A DNA stretch of 64,000 nt from Rhina ancylostomus (GCA_030265395.1 JARFYF010000112.1:64916471-64980470); one strand, 5' to 3'; positions 24,971 to 37,649 are shown, counted from the first letter of the stretch. The notes: generated from the letters alone by a model not told the origin. Made by a program: numbers and translations.

Positions 24971-27900
24971 TTGAATTGGGGTACGGGGATAAAATCACAG
25001 GCAGTTGCAGTTAATCACTAGTATCATACTTTTAATTAAAATATATCTTGAATGTATCTATCAAACTACTTAATACTGAAAAAAATCTGCTGTTTTTTAC
25101 TGCCTCCAAAAGTCTCTGGTTACAAAGGAATCCTTCATCTCCCAGTTCACAGAAATGCTTTGCTACCTCCAGCAAACCACACCCCCCCCCCCCCCCCCCC
25201 ACCCTCCCCTGCCCCCACCCGCCACCTTCCATTTACAAAGACATGCTTGATTGCTCGTTCACTGAGGAACTCTACCTCCTTGAACACTTCACACTCGCCT
25301 CACTCCCCCTTTGACAGAAGTACTCTACACCTGGCAAATCTCTGTTTCACAAAAACTGTCTGACGTCTTTCTAAATCACTCAATTCACAGAAGCAACTCC
25401 ATTCTGCAGCCTACCAATTTTCAAAGATATTCAACATGCTTCACCCATTCACTCCTTTAGAGACTATTTCTTGCTCAGACTTTCATCCAATATCACAGAG
25501 GTAATCCCTCTCGTTACCTTTTCATTCTTGCTTGAAGCTTCAGCTCTTACCTTGCCTTTGCTTCATTTCAGGGGGAGATCTCGAGAAGCAATCCTTGAGC
25601 TATCATATACAAAAGTCCTAGTTACAGCATAGAAATCACTGTAACACTGCGGTGGGACTGTGAAGATTATCAAGCAATATCTACAATCTCCCTGCCAAAG
25701 TGCATAGACAATAGGTTGGGCGCATCTGGCGATAACCCTGTTAAATCTGCATATTTTTCTTATAAAGAGCAATTTAACTTATTTCAAAAATCCCTATTTA
25801 TGAGCATCAAATTTGTAAAAAAAATCACTGTGGAATGTGAACATTCCTGGCAAAGGTGGCATTTAGGTATTTATTTTCCACATAGTCGACTACACGTTAC
25901 TGCCAAGTGATTTGTTAGCCCCTTCAGTGGGCAGTTAAGAGTTGTTAATGGTTTTGCACATAGACCGGGGAAAACAATAGGCCATTAGTAAAGGTGAGTC
26001 AGTTTTAGAGTGCTGAGGTCATTTATTATTGATACCAAATATCAAATGTTTATTTTCAAATTTTTTGAAAATTATTTGAATTCAAATCCTCAAATTATCA
26101 TGATGCAATTGGATCTTCTGGATTTGAAAAGACCACAGGCAGTAGAATAATACATACTTGCATTATAGGCAGATCCTTATAAAAGTGCTTCCACAAGCAA
26201 GGTAGCAGGAGTGGTGACGGTGGTCTAACAGTATTTAAGAAATAGCTTCATCCAATTAATCTGGTTTAGTTAGCTGACAGATCTGATGTTGACAATGACA
26301 AAGGAAGCTATGCAATAAGCGCTGGTCATTGAATTTTCCCCTACCTAAAATGAGATGACTTGCCACCTCAGTCCAAAGTCCAAGTTATAGGAGTTTAATG
26401 GTACACTTTGTAATAGAAAATCCTGGCATACACAAAATATTTGTTTTAAAAAAAGTCCATTTTGAAAGCCCATTGGAATAAAATGCAACAGGATCAATGT
26501 CAGTGCTGGAAACTGTGGTGTAATTTAGTAGGAGTAATTAGGCTTTTATAAGAATTGTGTAGAAAGGTTAAGGTTTTTTGGGGGGGAAAGGCAATTTTAG
26601 GGAAGAGCAATATAATGGGTTTAAATATGGTGATATTTTAATCGGAAACTTGGTCTTTGGAGGTGAGAGGTTGTGGGGTGGGTAAGGGGATTAAAAACAG
26701 GCCGTTTAGTTTTAATTTGACGAGAGGGAATACTGTCAAACAGGGCAGCCTGTTCATTCCCACCCCGGCGTAAAATAGTGTCTATTTGAGACACACTGGC
26801 TGGCAGGCTTACATTCTTCGGGATAAAGGCTCTGTGATTTTTGTTTTGGAATTTAAGCCTCCCAGCGTTCGTTTGTGGGTTGCTGGGCTTCAGGGATTCC
26901 GATTAGTATAATCTGCTTGGTTTGAGAGAGTGACAGACGCACCTGGACGAGTCTGCCAAGTCTCCGGGTTGTGTGGGAATCTGTCGTTTGCAGCTAGTTT
27001 TAAGGAAGTTGAAACGCTGTTTGCAAAACCNNNNNNNNNNNNNNNNNNCTAAATAGGCAAGGTAGGTAAAATAAACTTTCTAATGCGAATAGCCTCAGAC
27101 AAGGTACACTTTTTAATATTCAGTTACAAAAATGAAGCTAAAAACGTGAAACAATGTCAACTGCGTTTAGCAATATAATTATCGTCCATACTAATTTAGC
27201 TTTAAGTTGCATTTTACACTGTTTATTCCATGTCATTTAATATTTAGTGATAAAGCATTTATAAAGTTCGAGTGCTTTATGGTGTTTTGAGCCAAACAGC
27301 AACAGTGCCTTTAAATCGGCAGTTTCATTGGTTTGTTGGCAATAAGGAATACATAATCCACGTTCAGGAAAATAAATCATACAAACTAGTTAACTAAACA
27401 ATTTATACAAAACTGTGTAAAGGCAAGTTGAAGAGATGGTTGTTCAAAGCACGTGACAAGGAGACTCTTTGGAGGCAAGATTTTGCTCTTTTGTGGTTTT
27501 CAGTCACAAGGTCATAGATGAGAGCTTACTGTGCCGTATGAATGCTGAAGGGAATCCAGCTCATGCCAAATCCTGTATGTTTTCGACAAGCGGTTCAAAG
27601 GCTTTGTTTACCCCATGACCTCCCACAAAGTGAAAGACCGAACCGGAGTCCCTCCTCTGTGCCCTGATGTCATATGTTGGGAGATGATTCAGAAGAATGG
27701 CCAGGAGCAAACCGGGATTGTGAATGGCTTCTTACGCCATTCAGTTATCTGCCGCTCAATATCAAATTTTATTGATGTTTCTGGTGTACCCCTCTGCTTG
27801 TAATCTGGATAAACACCTGTTACAGGTTTCTGTAAATCATACACAGCTTCCGTGCAAGACTTGTCCTTTAGCAGCCGCAAGCCTCCCAACAATACAGCTT

Positions 27901-28429
27901 TGGAGTTTAATTCTTATCTTAAACAAACAAAATCGGAGAAAATGAACACAAAGAGAAAGCGCCAGGGTTTCCGCCGAACAGGTGCCCAGGTTAAAATGCC
28001 ACTCAAACTGCGCGAACAGGTGGCAATGGCTCCCTCTGTGACAGGGAATCTGTCTTCAGTCCTCTCACCCCCTTTCTCCCTGAGACTACCTCGGTGGTTT
28101 TAAAAGCATCGGTAATGGCTTTCAGTGGATCGAAAATATGAATCAATATTTTAAGAAATGCTCGTCTCCTGCCCAAGTATACCGTATAAACAGCACGTAC
28201 GTTCTACCCCTGCCATCAGCGTGTCTTTTTGTTTTGCAGAAAGATCATATGAATCTCCGCGGGAGAACATGTTAATCTTCAGGGTGTTTCCCGAGTGGAG
28301 ACTCGCAGTGCACGAAGCATGTGGGGTGGGTTTAAAAACTTCGTCTCGCAATTTAAAGACTGCGAGGAGCGTACTTGCTCTGTCAGTGACGATCATTTAA
28401 CAAGCTTGCTTTAAATAGTTTTTTCAGCT

Positions 28430-28630
28430 TCACCAATGGCCCACGACCGGATGCGGAGAAGCCTTTGGGACGGCAAATGGCCTATTCAGTTTCACGTGGA
28501 TGACGCCATTTAGCCATTAGCTATAACCGGACAAATCACTGCATGCTGAAGAGAGTGTGGAGTCGGGACGGGGTTGTTTGTTCGAGGCAAAAAAAAATCG
28601 TCTATTTGTGTGAGGTGCATCTGAGTCACT
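28430..28630 (+). promoter_or_regulatory. Putative Sprouty promoter
   Basis: CCAAT (28433), ETS-type ACCGGATG (28446-28453), E-box CACGTG (28493-28498), CRE-like TGACGCCA (28501-28508), TATA-like CTATAA (28521) and AP-1 TGAGTCA (28622-28628) clustered ~2.3 kb upstream of the coding exon. Confidence 0.55.
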
Positions 28631-28849
28631 CGCAGAGCTGCTGCGGCATCGGGGAGGGGTATGGTTCGCCGATAGACTCTGACAGCCCAGGACACAGCGC
28701 CCTTCACTCCAGGAGCTTGTCATTGATCGGACACTAGCTGCACTTGAAGCACAGCTGACAAGGTTACTGCCACAGTTCACCCAGCAGCATCGCAAAGGAA
28801 CAACCGACATCTTTGGCGAGACCTGCACGCCGGTTTACAATATAACCTG
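28550..28849 (+). other. Putative non-coding first exon of the Sprouty gene
   Basis: Follows the motif cluster and ends at a plausible donor CTG|GTTAGT (28849/28850). Vertebrate Sprouty genes have 5' non-coding exons and an uninterrupted CDS. The start is uncertain. Confidence 0.4.
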
Positions 28850-30761
28850 GTTAGTTTATGTGCACGTGTGTGTATGCGTTATATATTCTGTTCAGGCGTC
28901 TCTGTACACTTAATGTGCCAGACTTGAGCTGGTTATCTGCACAAGGTTAACACACGTTTCAAACAAATGCCAAGATCTTTCCGATCATTGATCACTTATC
29001 CCTCAACACAGGGGACTGCATTAAACTAGACCCGGCCGCAGCATACTGTTACTAATGCGAAGGGAGGGGGTGGAGATAATATTTAATATCGATCAAAACC
29101 TGAGAGCAGCCTCATTTTAATGTAACTCTACTTGAGAAGCGGATCCAGCCCCATCCATTAAAGAGCCGAAAGCCAGTCTGTAAAGTTCACTGCCTCTGGC
29201 TATTGAAAACCGACCGGGACAGTCTNNNNNNNNNNNNNNNNNNNNNNNNNNNNNNNNNNNNNNNNNNNNNNNNNNNNNNNNNNNNNNNNNNNNNNNNNNN
29301 NNNNNNNNNNNNNNNNNNNNNNNNNNNNNNNNNNNNNNNNNNNNNNNNNNNNNNNNNNNNNNNNNNNNNNNNNNNNNNNNNNNNNNNNNNNNNNNNNNNN
29401 NNNNNNNNGGGAAGTGCCATGAACATTAAGTGCGCCCGGAGCTGGGTGGGATTGGGGGGGGGGGGCGGTATATGTGAAGGTTGGCGGAGGTCTCACACTC
29501 CTACATGTGGTCCCTGTACCGACGAGAACGGGTTGTTCTGCATGTGTTTACAACGGAACCTGGGTAGTGCGTAGCGCTGTCTAATGGCCCCGTCCAGTAT
29601 TTGACTTTTCCCCATGTAGTATTCATTTCATGCCAGCTTGCTGTATCGGATTCGGCACATCCGGAATTGCAAACACCCTGCCATTCAATTGCAGTTGGAA
29701 GACCATGGCGCTCCGCCGGTCCCACTCCCTGCTCTTCATCTCCGCTTCAGTACCGTCCTGACTAACCCTGGAGCCAGCGATCTCCTGTATCCAGAACAGT
29801 GGATATGCTGAGACATTTCAACACTTTCAATACAGCCGCACCGCAGAAAGTGACGACTATTTCGAGGAAGCGGACAAACTCAGTCAGGGTGGGAAAAGAG
29901 TGTAGATTTGAATCTGGTTTTATAATTCGCACCGCTGCACAATGTCACGATTTTTGAATTGGCAACAGATGGTTTGCATTCAGCTGTGCGTTGTCGGGCT
30001 GTGACACGTGTCGGCTTTGAAATACCATTAGTTTAGATTGCGGTGCATTTTTTAGTTAGCTCTGAGTATGTGAATGGGGAACGGGTAGGTAGGTCTGAAG
30101 GCGGGATGTGCGAGGTGCCACTCTGCCGATGAGCAGCCGCGTTTCTTCGGCCTTTAACCTGCTTCAGCAGTGACTAGGAGAAAAGTAATGGGGAATCCAA
30201 TGTTGGAGAGTATGCCGTGTGTGAACTGAGAGACGAAATCTGATGCCTTTTATTTGTACAACTGAATGTGCAAATAAAACTGGTTGCTACTTTGGAAGGA
30301 GCGGAGGCACTCTTTCCTCCTGTAGTGTAGAAAGAAAGATGTTTTAGCACTCAGACTGTGTTGCACGCCACTGTGTAGTGCAAGCCTCTCGGGCATCGTA
30401 GACTTCTCTGTCCACCCCTTTACCGTATAGCCCAGTCTACGGTAAGAATGGGCATGAAGTCCGACCACGGTGAATACCGTGTTCGGTACCCGTCATCTCT
30501 TGCACGAAGTTGAATCTCCTGTTTGTTTTTAACATTTTTTTCCTTCTTCCAACTGTAAGGACTTTAAGGCTTGTTATTGACCCTCTACAGGGAGAGTTGT
30601 TTGGACCAGGGGGGTGGAGGTTGGGGTGGGTGGGGGAGAAGTGTTTTTTCTCTCTCCTATTTCTAGGCAACTGGATGGGGATGGTGGGAAAGAGTCCCCC
30701 AGCTCCAGGACATGAAGGCGGAGGGAGGGTCCGCTGCAGTGGGTGAGTGCTACCTTGCTGA

Positions 30762-30790
30762 CATTTCTCTCCGTCCTGTCTTCCCCACAG
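30762..30790 (+). other. Splice acceptor of the Sprouty coding exon
   Basis: CTGAC branch-like motif, then polypyrimidine tract TTTCTCTCCGTCCTGTCTTCCCCACAG|G, 49 nt before the ATG. Confidence 0.8.
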
Positions 30791-30839
30791 GTCTGACCGA
30801 TGTGCAGTCAGCCCGCGGGCCTGCATCGGTTGCAGTCAG

Positions 30840-31748
30840 ATGGAAGCCCCAACACCAGTGGATTCGCCCCTCTCTCTCCAGCTGGCTCACGACAGGGGGC
30901 GGCAGCGGATTGATCCCGACCCGGGAGAGATGCAGCAGGGTCCGGTGCTCTCCATCGATCAGATCCGGGCCATCCGAGCCAACAACGACTACGTGGAACG
31001 GCCCATGGTCCTCAGTGCAAAGGTGGCAACCAGCAGTCCGTCAAGCTCGGCGCAGAAGTGGGAAAGGACAACGGAGCCGAGCCTGGCCGGGGTGGAACTG
31101 CGCTCCTCGGCGCAGCTCCATCACCAGGTCCAGCAGCACTTGAGCAGATCCACCAGTACTGTCAGCTCAGCGTCCCGGAGCAGCACCACCTCCGAGCAGA
31201 GACTACTGGTCAGTGTGAGCTCGTCCCCTTCTGCTCAAGGAATTATCAGGGCGCAGCCCAAGGCTGACCTCAAACCCGACTTTAACAAGGCTCCGGGCGC
31301 CGAGGACTGGAGCCAACACTCACTGCGGTGCGAGGAATGCGGGAAGTGCAAGTGCGTCTCCTGCACAGCCCCGAGGACTCTACCTTCGTGCTGGCTCTGT
31401 GACCAGAGGTGCCTTTGCTCGTTCCAGAGCGCGCTGGAGTACGGCACTTGTGTCTGTTGTGTCAAGGGCCTCTTCTACCATTGCTCCAACGACGACGAGG
31501 ACAACTGCGCGGACAATCCGTGCTCCTGCAGCCAAGGCCACTGCTGCGCTCGTTGGACCGCCATGGGCCTCATCTCCATCTTCTTGCCCTGCTTATGGTG
31601 CTATTTACCGGCTAAAGGGTGCCTCCGGCTCTGCCAAGGATGTTATGACGGCGTCAAGAGGCCGGGCTGCAGGNNNNNNNNNNNNNNNNNNGTGTGCAGG
31701 AAGTTTTCCAACGCACCTTGTCCTAAAACCTTCGATAAACCCTTATGA
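30840..31748 (+). CDS. spry3: Protein sprouty homolog (most likely SPRY3), RTK/FGF-ERK feedback antagonist, 302 aa
   Basis: Tyr motif NDYVERP, serine-rich SRSTSTVSS...SEQRLL motif, and Cys-rich Sprouty domain (CEECGKCKC...[29 protein letters not shown]...[14 protein letters not shown]). NDYVERP, LPSCWLC, QRCLCS and VCRK favour SPRY3 over SPRY2. The 18-N gap (31674-31691) preserves frame. Family call is near certain; the paralog call is about 0.7. Confidence 0.93.
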   Translation: MEAPTPVDSPLSLQLAHDRGRQRIDPDPGEMQQGPVLSIDQIRAIRANNDYVERPMVLSAKVATSSPSSSAQKWERTTEPSLAGVELRSSAQLHHQVQQHLSRSTSTVSSASRSSTTSEQRLLVSVSSSPSAQGIIRAQPKADLKPDFNKAPGAEDWSQHSLRCEECGKCKCVSCTAPRTLPSCWLCDQRCLCSFQSALEYGTCVCCVKGLFYHCSNDDEDNCADNPCSCSQGHCCARWTAMGLISIFLPCLWCYLPAKGCLRLCQGCYDGVKRPGCRXXXXXXVCRKFSNAPCPKTFDKPL

Positions 31749-34700
31749 CCAAGACACTCTCCCTATACCGGGACCAATGTTAACCCTGTGGAAGTTCAGA
31801 AGGCACATTCTCCAAAGCTTCCTTCACTCACTGGAGAGATTTCCAAGAGATTGAATTACTTCTGGCGCTGAGACTACCCCGCCACGTGTGTGTGCACAGG
31901 AATGTGGGAAGAGAGTGAAGAGTAGGCACTCAGTTGGATGCTTGTACAGACCATCTTCCTGAAAATCTAATGGTTCTCTCAATATCTTGGAGTTTGAGCG
32001 TTTATAATCTACCCAGGGAAAAGGGACCATTTATCCCCTTCCATGTTAAGCACCTTCTTGTGGGTTCTTCCTGTGTTCGTTGCAGGCCCAGACCGTTCCT
32101 CCTGTGGCTAACAAACTCCGATGCGATTCTCAGTGTCAAGATTCTCAAATACACCAACTGAAAGAGATTGAATGTTCTTTCTCCGCCGCCCCCCCCCACC
32201 CCGTCCCAGCCCTTCCTCTGAAGGGTGACCACCTGTACTTGATGGGTTTCCATCTCTCGGAGGTCTTAATGCTTGGAAGTGGGCAGAAGCTATTTCTTCT
32301 TTCTCACTACTCCCAGTGTACAGATCTCGGAACGGAGCCCATTGCTGGATGGTTCTGTCCTTGGTAAACCACTCAGTTTATGGGAAAACCATGTAACTTG
32401 TCTTCCGTCAACGCATTAAATATTTATTGCTTGGCTTAGAAATGCGATATAGTCCATTGACAATATATTCTCCTTCTCCTCAATCACAGACGCAATTATT
32501 TATGTATTCCGCTAGTTACTCACGTAGTTCGGATAGTAGGGGACAAAGTTTGAAACCGTTTTGATTCTTTGTCGATTATCGGATTCGGAGAGCGATGGTT
32601 TGGGCGTGATTCTTTTCGTTTGCTAACACCTAAAGTGGGGCTGCTGTTCATTTTACATGGATTTGTGTTTTTTTTAAAGGAAGCACTTTGCTCCTCCCCT
32701 TCTTGGACTTGGGGTTGCTACACAGGGGCTTAGTATGAATTTAAACCTGTTTGGCACCCTGTGTGTGTGCAGTGGGTGGATTGAGAGGGTTGGGATGGGA
32801 TATTTATGGCGAGGAAGTCGTTTTTTTTCAATATTAGGCAGACGTTTTGTTTTGCCACTTTGAAGTATATCATGACACAATGCGCGCAACTCTGCTCTGA
32901 CCCGCGTTTCCTTTAGCTCCCGAAATAGGGCTTCCTCAGTGGAAGGAACGCCTTCTTGGATGGTAGCATGCAGCTGGAACCACGCTGCGGCATTTGCCAC
33001 TGAAGTTATTGCGCCCCATGTTAACAAGCATATGTTGACAAATGCCATTCTTGCTGTATAACATGGCCTCGATTTTTCGGGGTGGCGAAGTGAGCCCTTG
33101 GACTTCAGTTCAGCCGTGTTCATGGGCAGCCTGGTAAGCACCCCTCCCCCCATTCCCCCGCAATATGAAACCACGTTAAAACACGCCAGCCTGCTGCCTG
33201 TAATTCTGCCGAGAAGCGCACAAATGATTCTATATGGATAGGCACCAATTAAAATTTGTTTCTGTACTTTTACGCAATCGCCCTCCTAAGGTTGCACTCC
33301 AACACTATCTGTCTTTCAAATACCTTTCATGAAAATATAGTTACACTGGTTATGTTATTAGTTGTAGGATTATCTGTTACACCCCCTCCCCATAGTAAAG
33401 GGATTAAAGTTAATCACTTTTTAAAAAGAACAGCAACCATTATAAAGTTATAGCATCAGTTTAACATTATCCTCGTTGAATTCCATTCAGTATGACTCTT
33501 AAATTGTAACATTGTTATAGGAAAACTAAATTAGAGATTGTAAATGTTTCTTCAGTAGTGTTTTCATATCGAGATAAATCGAACTTGACTCTTGGCCAGT
33601 GATCCTACATTTCAGAAGGGAATAGTCAGCATGTTTAGGCTTATATTCTCTGAAATCTATTTTTCTGTCCGATGGTTTACAATTAGTAACTTTTGAACGT
33701 CTTTCCAAACTGCCAAGTCTCAAATATAAAGAATGGAACGATCAACTCCAAAGCATAGTGGCCTTGAATGTATCTCCATCCAATTCCAATAAGATTTATT
33801 TTTNNNNNNNNNNNNNNNNNNNNNNNNNNNNNNNNNNNNNNNNNNNNNNNNNNNNNNNNNNNNNNNNNNNNNNNNNNNNNNNNNNNNNNNNNNNNNNNNN
33901 NNNNNNNCGGAATGGTTTTCCTTGGGACTTTTAACGTTCCAGGAGAGTGGAATCGGTCGAAAGGTAAGAGTGCCATTGTTGTGCAACCTTTGCTGACCTT
34001 TCTTTCATTAACCCTGGTGGGGTGTGGGTTGGAGGCTGGGAGGGCTCTTGGGTAGAGAGGGCAGCCATGGATATCCACGATTCTCCTTGCTGCTAAGGCA
34101 CGGGCAATCGAAGAACAAATGTAGAATGGGAGGCCCCGTCAGAGTAGTTGCGGAGGAACTCTGGGACTTCCAGTGCAACCAAGCAGAGGATATTTTGTGC
34201 AACGAGGATATCGCCATAGGGATTATACTTGAATGGCCCGTGACTGTTCACAATTCGTTATTATGGAGAGGATATTAAATAATTCAAAGACCAAATCCTT
34301 TTGGCTGTCCCAAGGGAAGGCCTGCCCTTTTTAGAGAGAAGTCTGTGGGAAGAACAGTAAAAGTATATCGAAGAATTGCAACCCGCTCGTCCTGTAGTAT
34401 CTCTGATCAAAACGGTTTCTTAAATTATGTATTTGTATTTTAAGCATGTACATTCTTGGATCATTGACATTTGTGCAAATTGAAAATGTAATGCTGATTA
34501 CATTCATAATACAAACTGGCCCATATTGAGCACAGTAGCCAAGGAATGATATATTCCATCATGGTTTTCCTAGAGACTATTTTTCTTTTCCAAAAATTTA
34601 CCCTTTTTCATAAACTTTACAAATATGCAATACGGGACATTCATCCGTAGTCTTTCACTGCAACTAGCATATCATTACATTTGCTTACAAGATTTGCATT

Positions 34701-35471
34701 ACATCAACATGGTTTTCCTAGAAGCTGTTTGGCAACCTGAAAAGCCAGGAGACAAACTGCTGTTTTTGTAAAAGTTGGTGTGTGTTCGACAAATATGCAA
34801 TGAAGAGGGCTCCGCCTTCTACCTAACAATCATTACATGAAAGGACTGTAATCAGTTTGAATAAGCCATACAGAATCTACGTGGGGATCCAGAAGAGAAC
34901 ACCTTTATTTTGGACTATAATGCAGTGACACTTTATTGCCTGGATGTCTGGAGCACCTATCGGATCACAATTCAGCGTACAATCTCGACCCTGATGCAGT
35001 AAGAGGAGGAAACACGGGCACGTTTCGGAGAGATCTGACCAGACGTCACGTTCACGGGCATTTTCTTGCTTTCTTTGGGCTGTGAACATGGCAAGAGCCT
35101 GCTCTTTGTTATAGTTACTTTGATATATTTTTGTATATACAATATTATTAATACTGTGAATGGTGCCATATGAAGGAAGGACTCCGGTTATTGGTACATT
35201 GTACATTCAGGTGAATGTCCGACTCCGTCTCCTGCTAACATCAGGCTCTATTACCCTATATACAAATTCCAATTATTGCATTGCTTAGGTACAATTGGCA
35301 TCCTGTATATCAATCAAAAGTTACTGATTCTTTTGTTTTACCATTATGTTGATTAGTCTGAATATTTATTTGAAGTTTTATTTTATAAGATATTTATTTA
35401 AACACAACACCCTTTAGAGAAAAAACTGTACAGACTTGCTGCAAAAATGTAAGGGTGGCACTACAGAGCTG

Positions 35472-35540
35472 AATAAAGGTATAAAATAGAAATATATTAA
35501 TTTTCAAATTAAATTGCTTTGTTTGTTTTATTCTGTAGCT
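35472..35540 (+). terminator. Likely polyadenylation signal of the Sprouty mRNA
   Basis: AATAAA at 35472-35477, preceded by AU-rich elements and followed by U/GU-rich TTGCTTTGTTTGTTTTATTCTGT. Confidence 0.55.
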
Positions 35541-37649
35541 GCAGTAAAGTTAGCCTTTCTTTGCTATTCGTGGTCCGAAACTCCCAGGCTGTATCTTCCC
35601 TCTCTGGCATATTAAGGTGCCGAGTGTCAGAGGTTTCTTCATGGGGGAAGTACAAAAGGCTTTTTTTCATGCCTTTTACACACTTTCTTGTGTTAGAATT
35701 CAACACTGTAGAGAAATCAGCTGAAACAATGGCTTATGTTTATCAAAGTGTTAAGTAGGGCAAATAGACTAAAGAATGAACTGACCACTTATTCTTAAAA
35801 GTAACTTGTATTATTCATCCCTAATTGTGCTAAACTGTGGTGACCTTCATCTTGAATCACAGCAATGCTGAAATTAATCTTAATTTTTAGATGAGGATTT
35901 TTCACCCAGTCATGGTAAAGGAATAACACATGCAAAGAATGAACGATCTACATATGCTTGACATCCTTATGACTTTGCTAATCTCACCCTTCTCAATGGA
36001 AGATGCTGGAGGTAGTATTGAAATAAACATGTTGAGTTACTACATTACATCCTGTAAATAATATAACAGTCTCTGGGTGCCACTGGTGGAGGTCAATTAT
36101 GGAGTCCAATATCAAGGTCATTGACCATTGGGGATACAATCTAGCAATATCTGTAATTAAATATCTATTTCAGAAAATGATTTTTGGTCTAGCTCAGGCC
36201 TCTGTGTGTGTACAAGTGCTGAGAGTCAGTTCACAAATGGAACATATTTGTGCTTTACATCTATTAAGGGCCTGACTACTGACATAAAACCAGTGGCAGT
36301 ACCTTAATTTTAGATATGTTTCTAGAAGTCTTTAGCAAGAGTATTTATGCTGCTGAATCAACCATTCTCTTCCTGGTGACAAAATTATACAGACTTTCAC
36401 ACACAGATTTCAGAAGCACCTAATAGTGGATATCTGCAGTTGATTTCTCAGTCAAAATTGAAACCATGCTAAAGTGAAAATAGCTTTGCCTACACAGTAA
36501 AACTTCCTTTTCGTTGCTCTAACAGTGTGTACTGAGCTCATTAACTAAGCAGAAATCTTTTTATCACATTATCAATTCCAACCAGACAACTTGTGCCCCT
36601 GTGGATTTGATATTCAAAGATACTCAGAACTTCTCTAATTTTGTTTTATAAGGAATTATGCCAAGAAGGGATGTTGTCCTGCTTTGTCAAGAGGTATGCT
36701 TTTAGTGTTCTTGCACAATGAACAGATCTTTAATTCCTGGTCTTAGCCAGCAGCTCATTTAATTTAATATAAGGCATTCCCTTCCCACCCTGATAGTGAC
36801 TAAAAACATTACTATATCCCTCTGAGTAGCTGAATTACTGGTAGCATGAAAAACAGTGTACTAATTGGAAAGGAGAGGTGTTTCATTATCCCAGGAAAAT
36901 TTTATTTGAGTAATACTCCCCAAATTTATCTGCGATGTGGGTAACTGCTCGAACAATCAATAGCTGTGCAAATTTTGGATTTAGGATGTACTTTGAAACA
37001 ATATTTTCCTCAGACTGTTTGTAGAGGCTTTGGCTCTTCATTTACCACCACAGCTGTAGATAATGATCTGGTTAACCACAACCTCATCCCTACTTTAGGT
37101 GCTCTAGTACTCAATAAAACTGTTACTTATACCCTAGTTGGATTCACCCAGATATAGCTTACATTTCTGCTGCTTTAGGTCCAGTTGGCACATACATGAA
37201 TAGATGTGGCAGGCAAATGGTTTTGCAATTAACCACCTGCCTCGATTGTATAAGGAACTATCAGACCCCAGTGCCATTGGTCAAAACTGCTCACTGTAGC
37301 AAGGATATTCTAAAATGCAAAGACAGCACTAGGCTTTCTTTTACCCTACTGCAAGCTACCTTCTACATCCCTCTCTCTCTTATTTTTCCCAAGCTTGCCT
37401 CCAATAAGTAGTGTTCCTGGATTTCCTTAGCACTAAGAATAAGATCATCTTAATGCTTCTGCTGTTTTCTTCCCTCTTCCCGGCCTGTGGTGTAAAGTTC
37501 CTTTGAAAGTCTCACCGATCCCTTCCCTTACCCTAGCTTTGGCTTAGTTCTGAACTCGCATATTCCTCCAGTTTCCTTTATCTCCTGTCATGCCCTCACT
37601 GAGCACATCATTTCCACTTGATCCACCCACTACTGCCTGAACCATATTC

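Larger units (their letters stand above)
26750..33250. promoter_or_regulatory. Broad CpG-rich domain covering the Sprouty promoter, intron, CDS and proximal 3' UTR
   Basis: CG dinucleotides are visibly frequent here and rare in the flanks. The region is largely free of recognisable repeats. Edges estimated by eye. Confidence 0.7.

Noticed and set aside
30437-31854. Alternative-frame and antisense ORFs around Sprouty (30437-30826, 30712-31143, 31058-31267, 31235-31465, 31399-31854)
   Set aside because: Shadow ORFs of a GC-rich CDS with no recognisable domains. Some cross the splice acceptor.
32674-33174. 166 aa minus-strand ORF in the 3' UTR
   Set aside because: Non-ATG start, no family resemblance and no splice context. 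Expected by chance in moderately GC-rich DNA.
34555-34840. CRISPR-like array or tandem H/ACA snoRNAs
   Set aside because: Vertebrate context with only two units. No convincing ANANNA hinge or double-hairpin fold seen. Retained only as a motif module.
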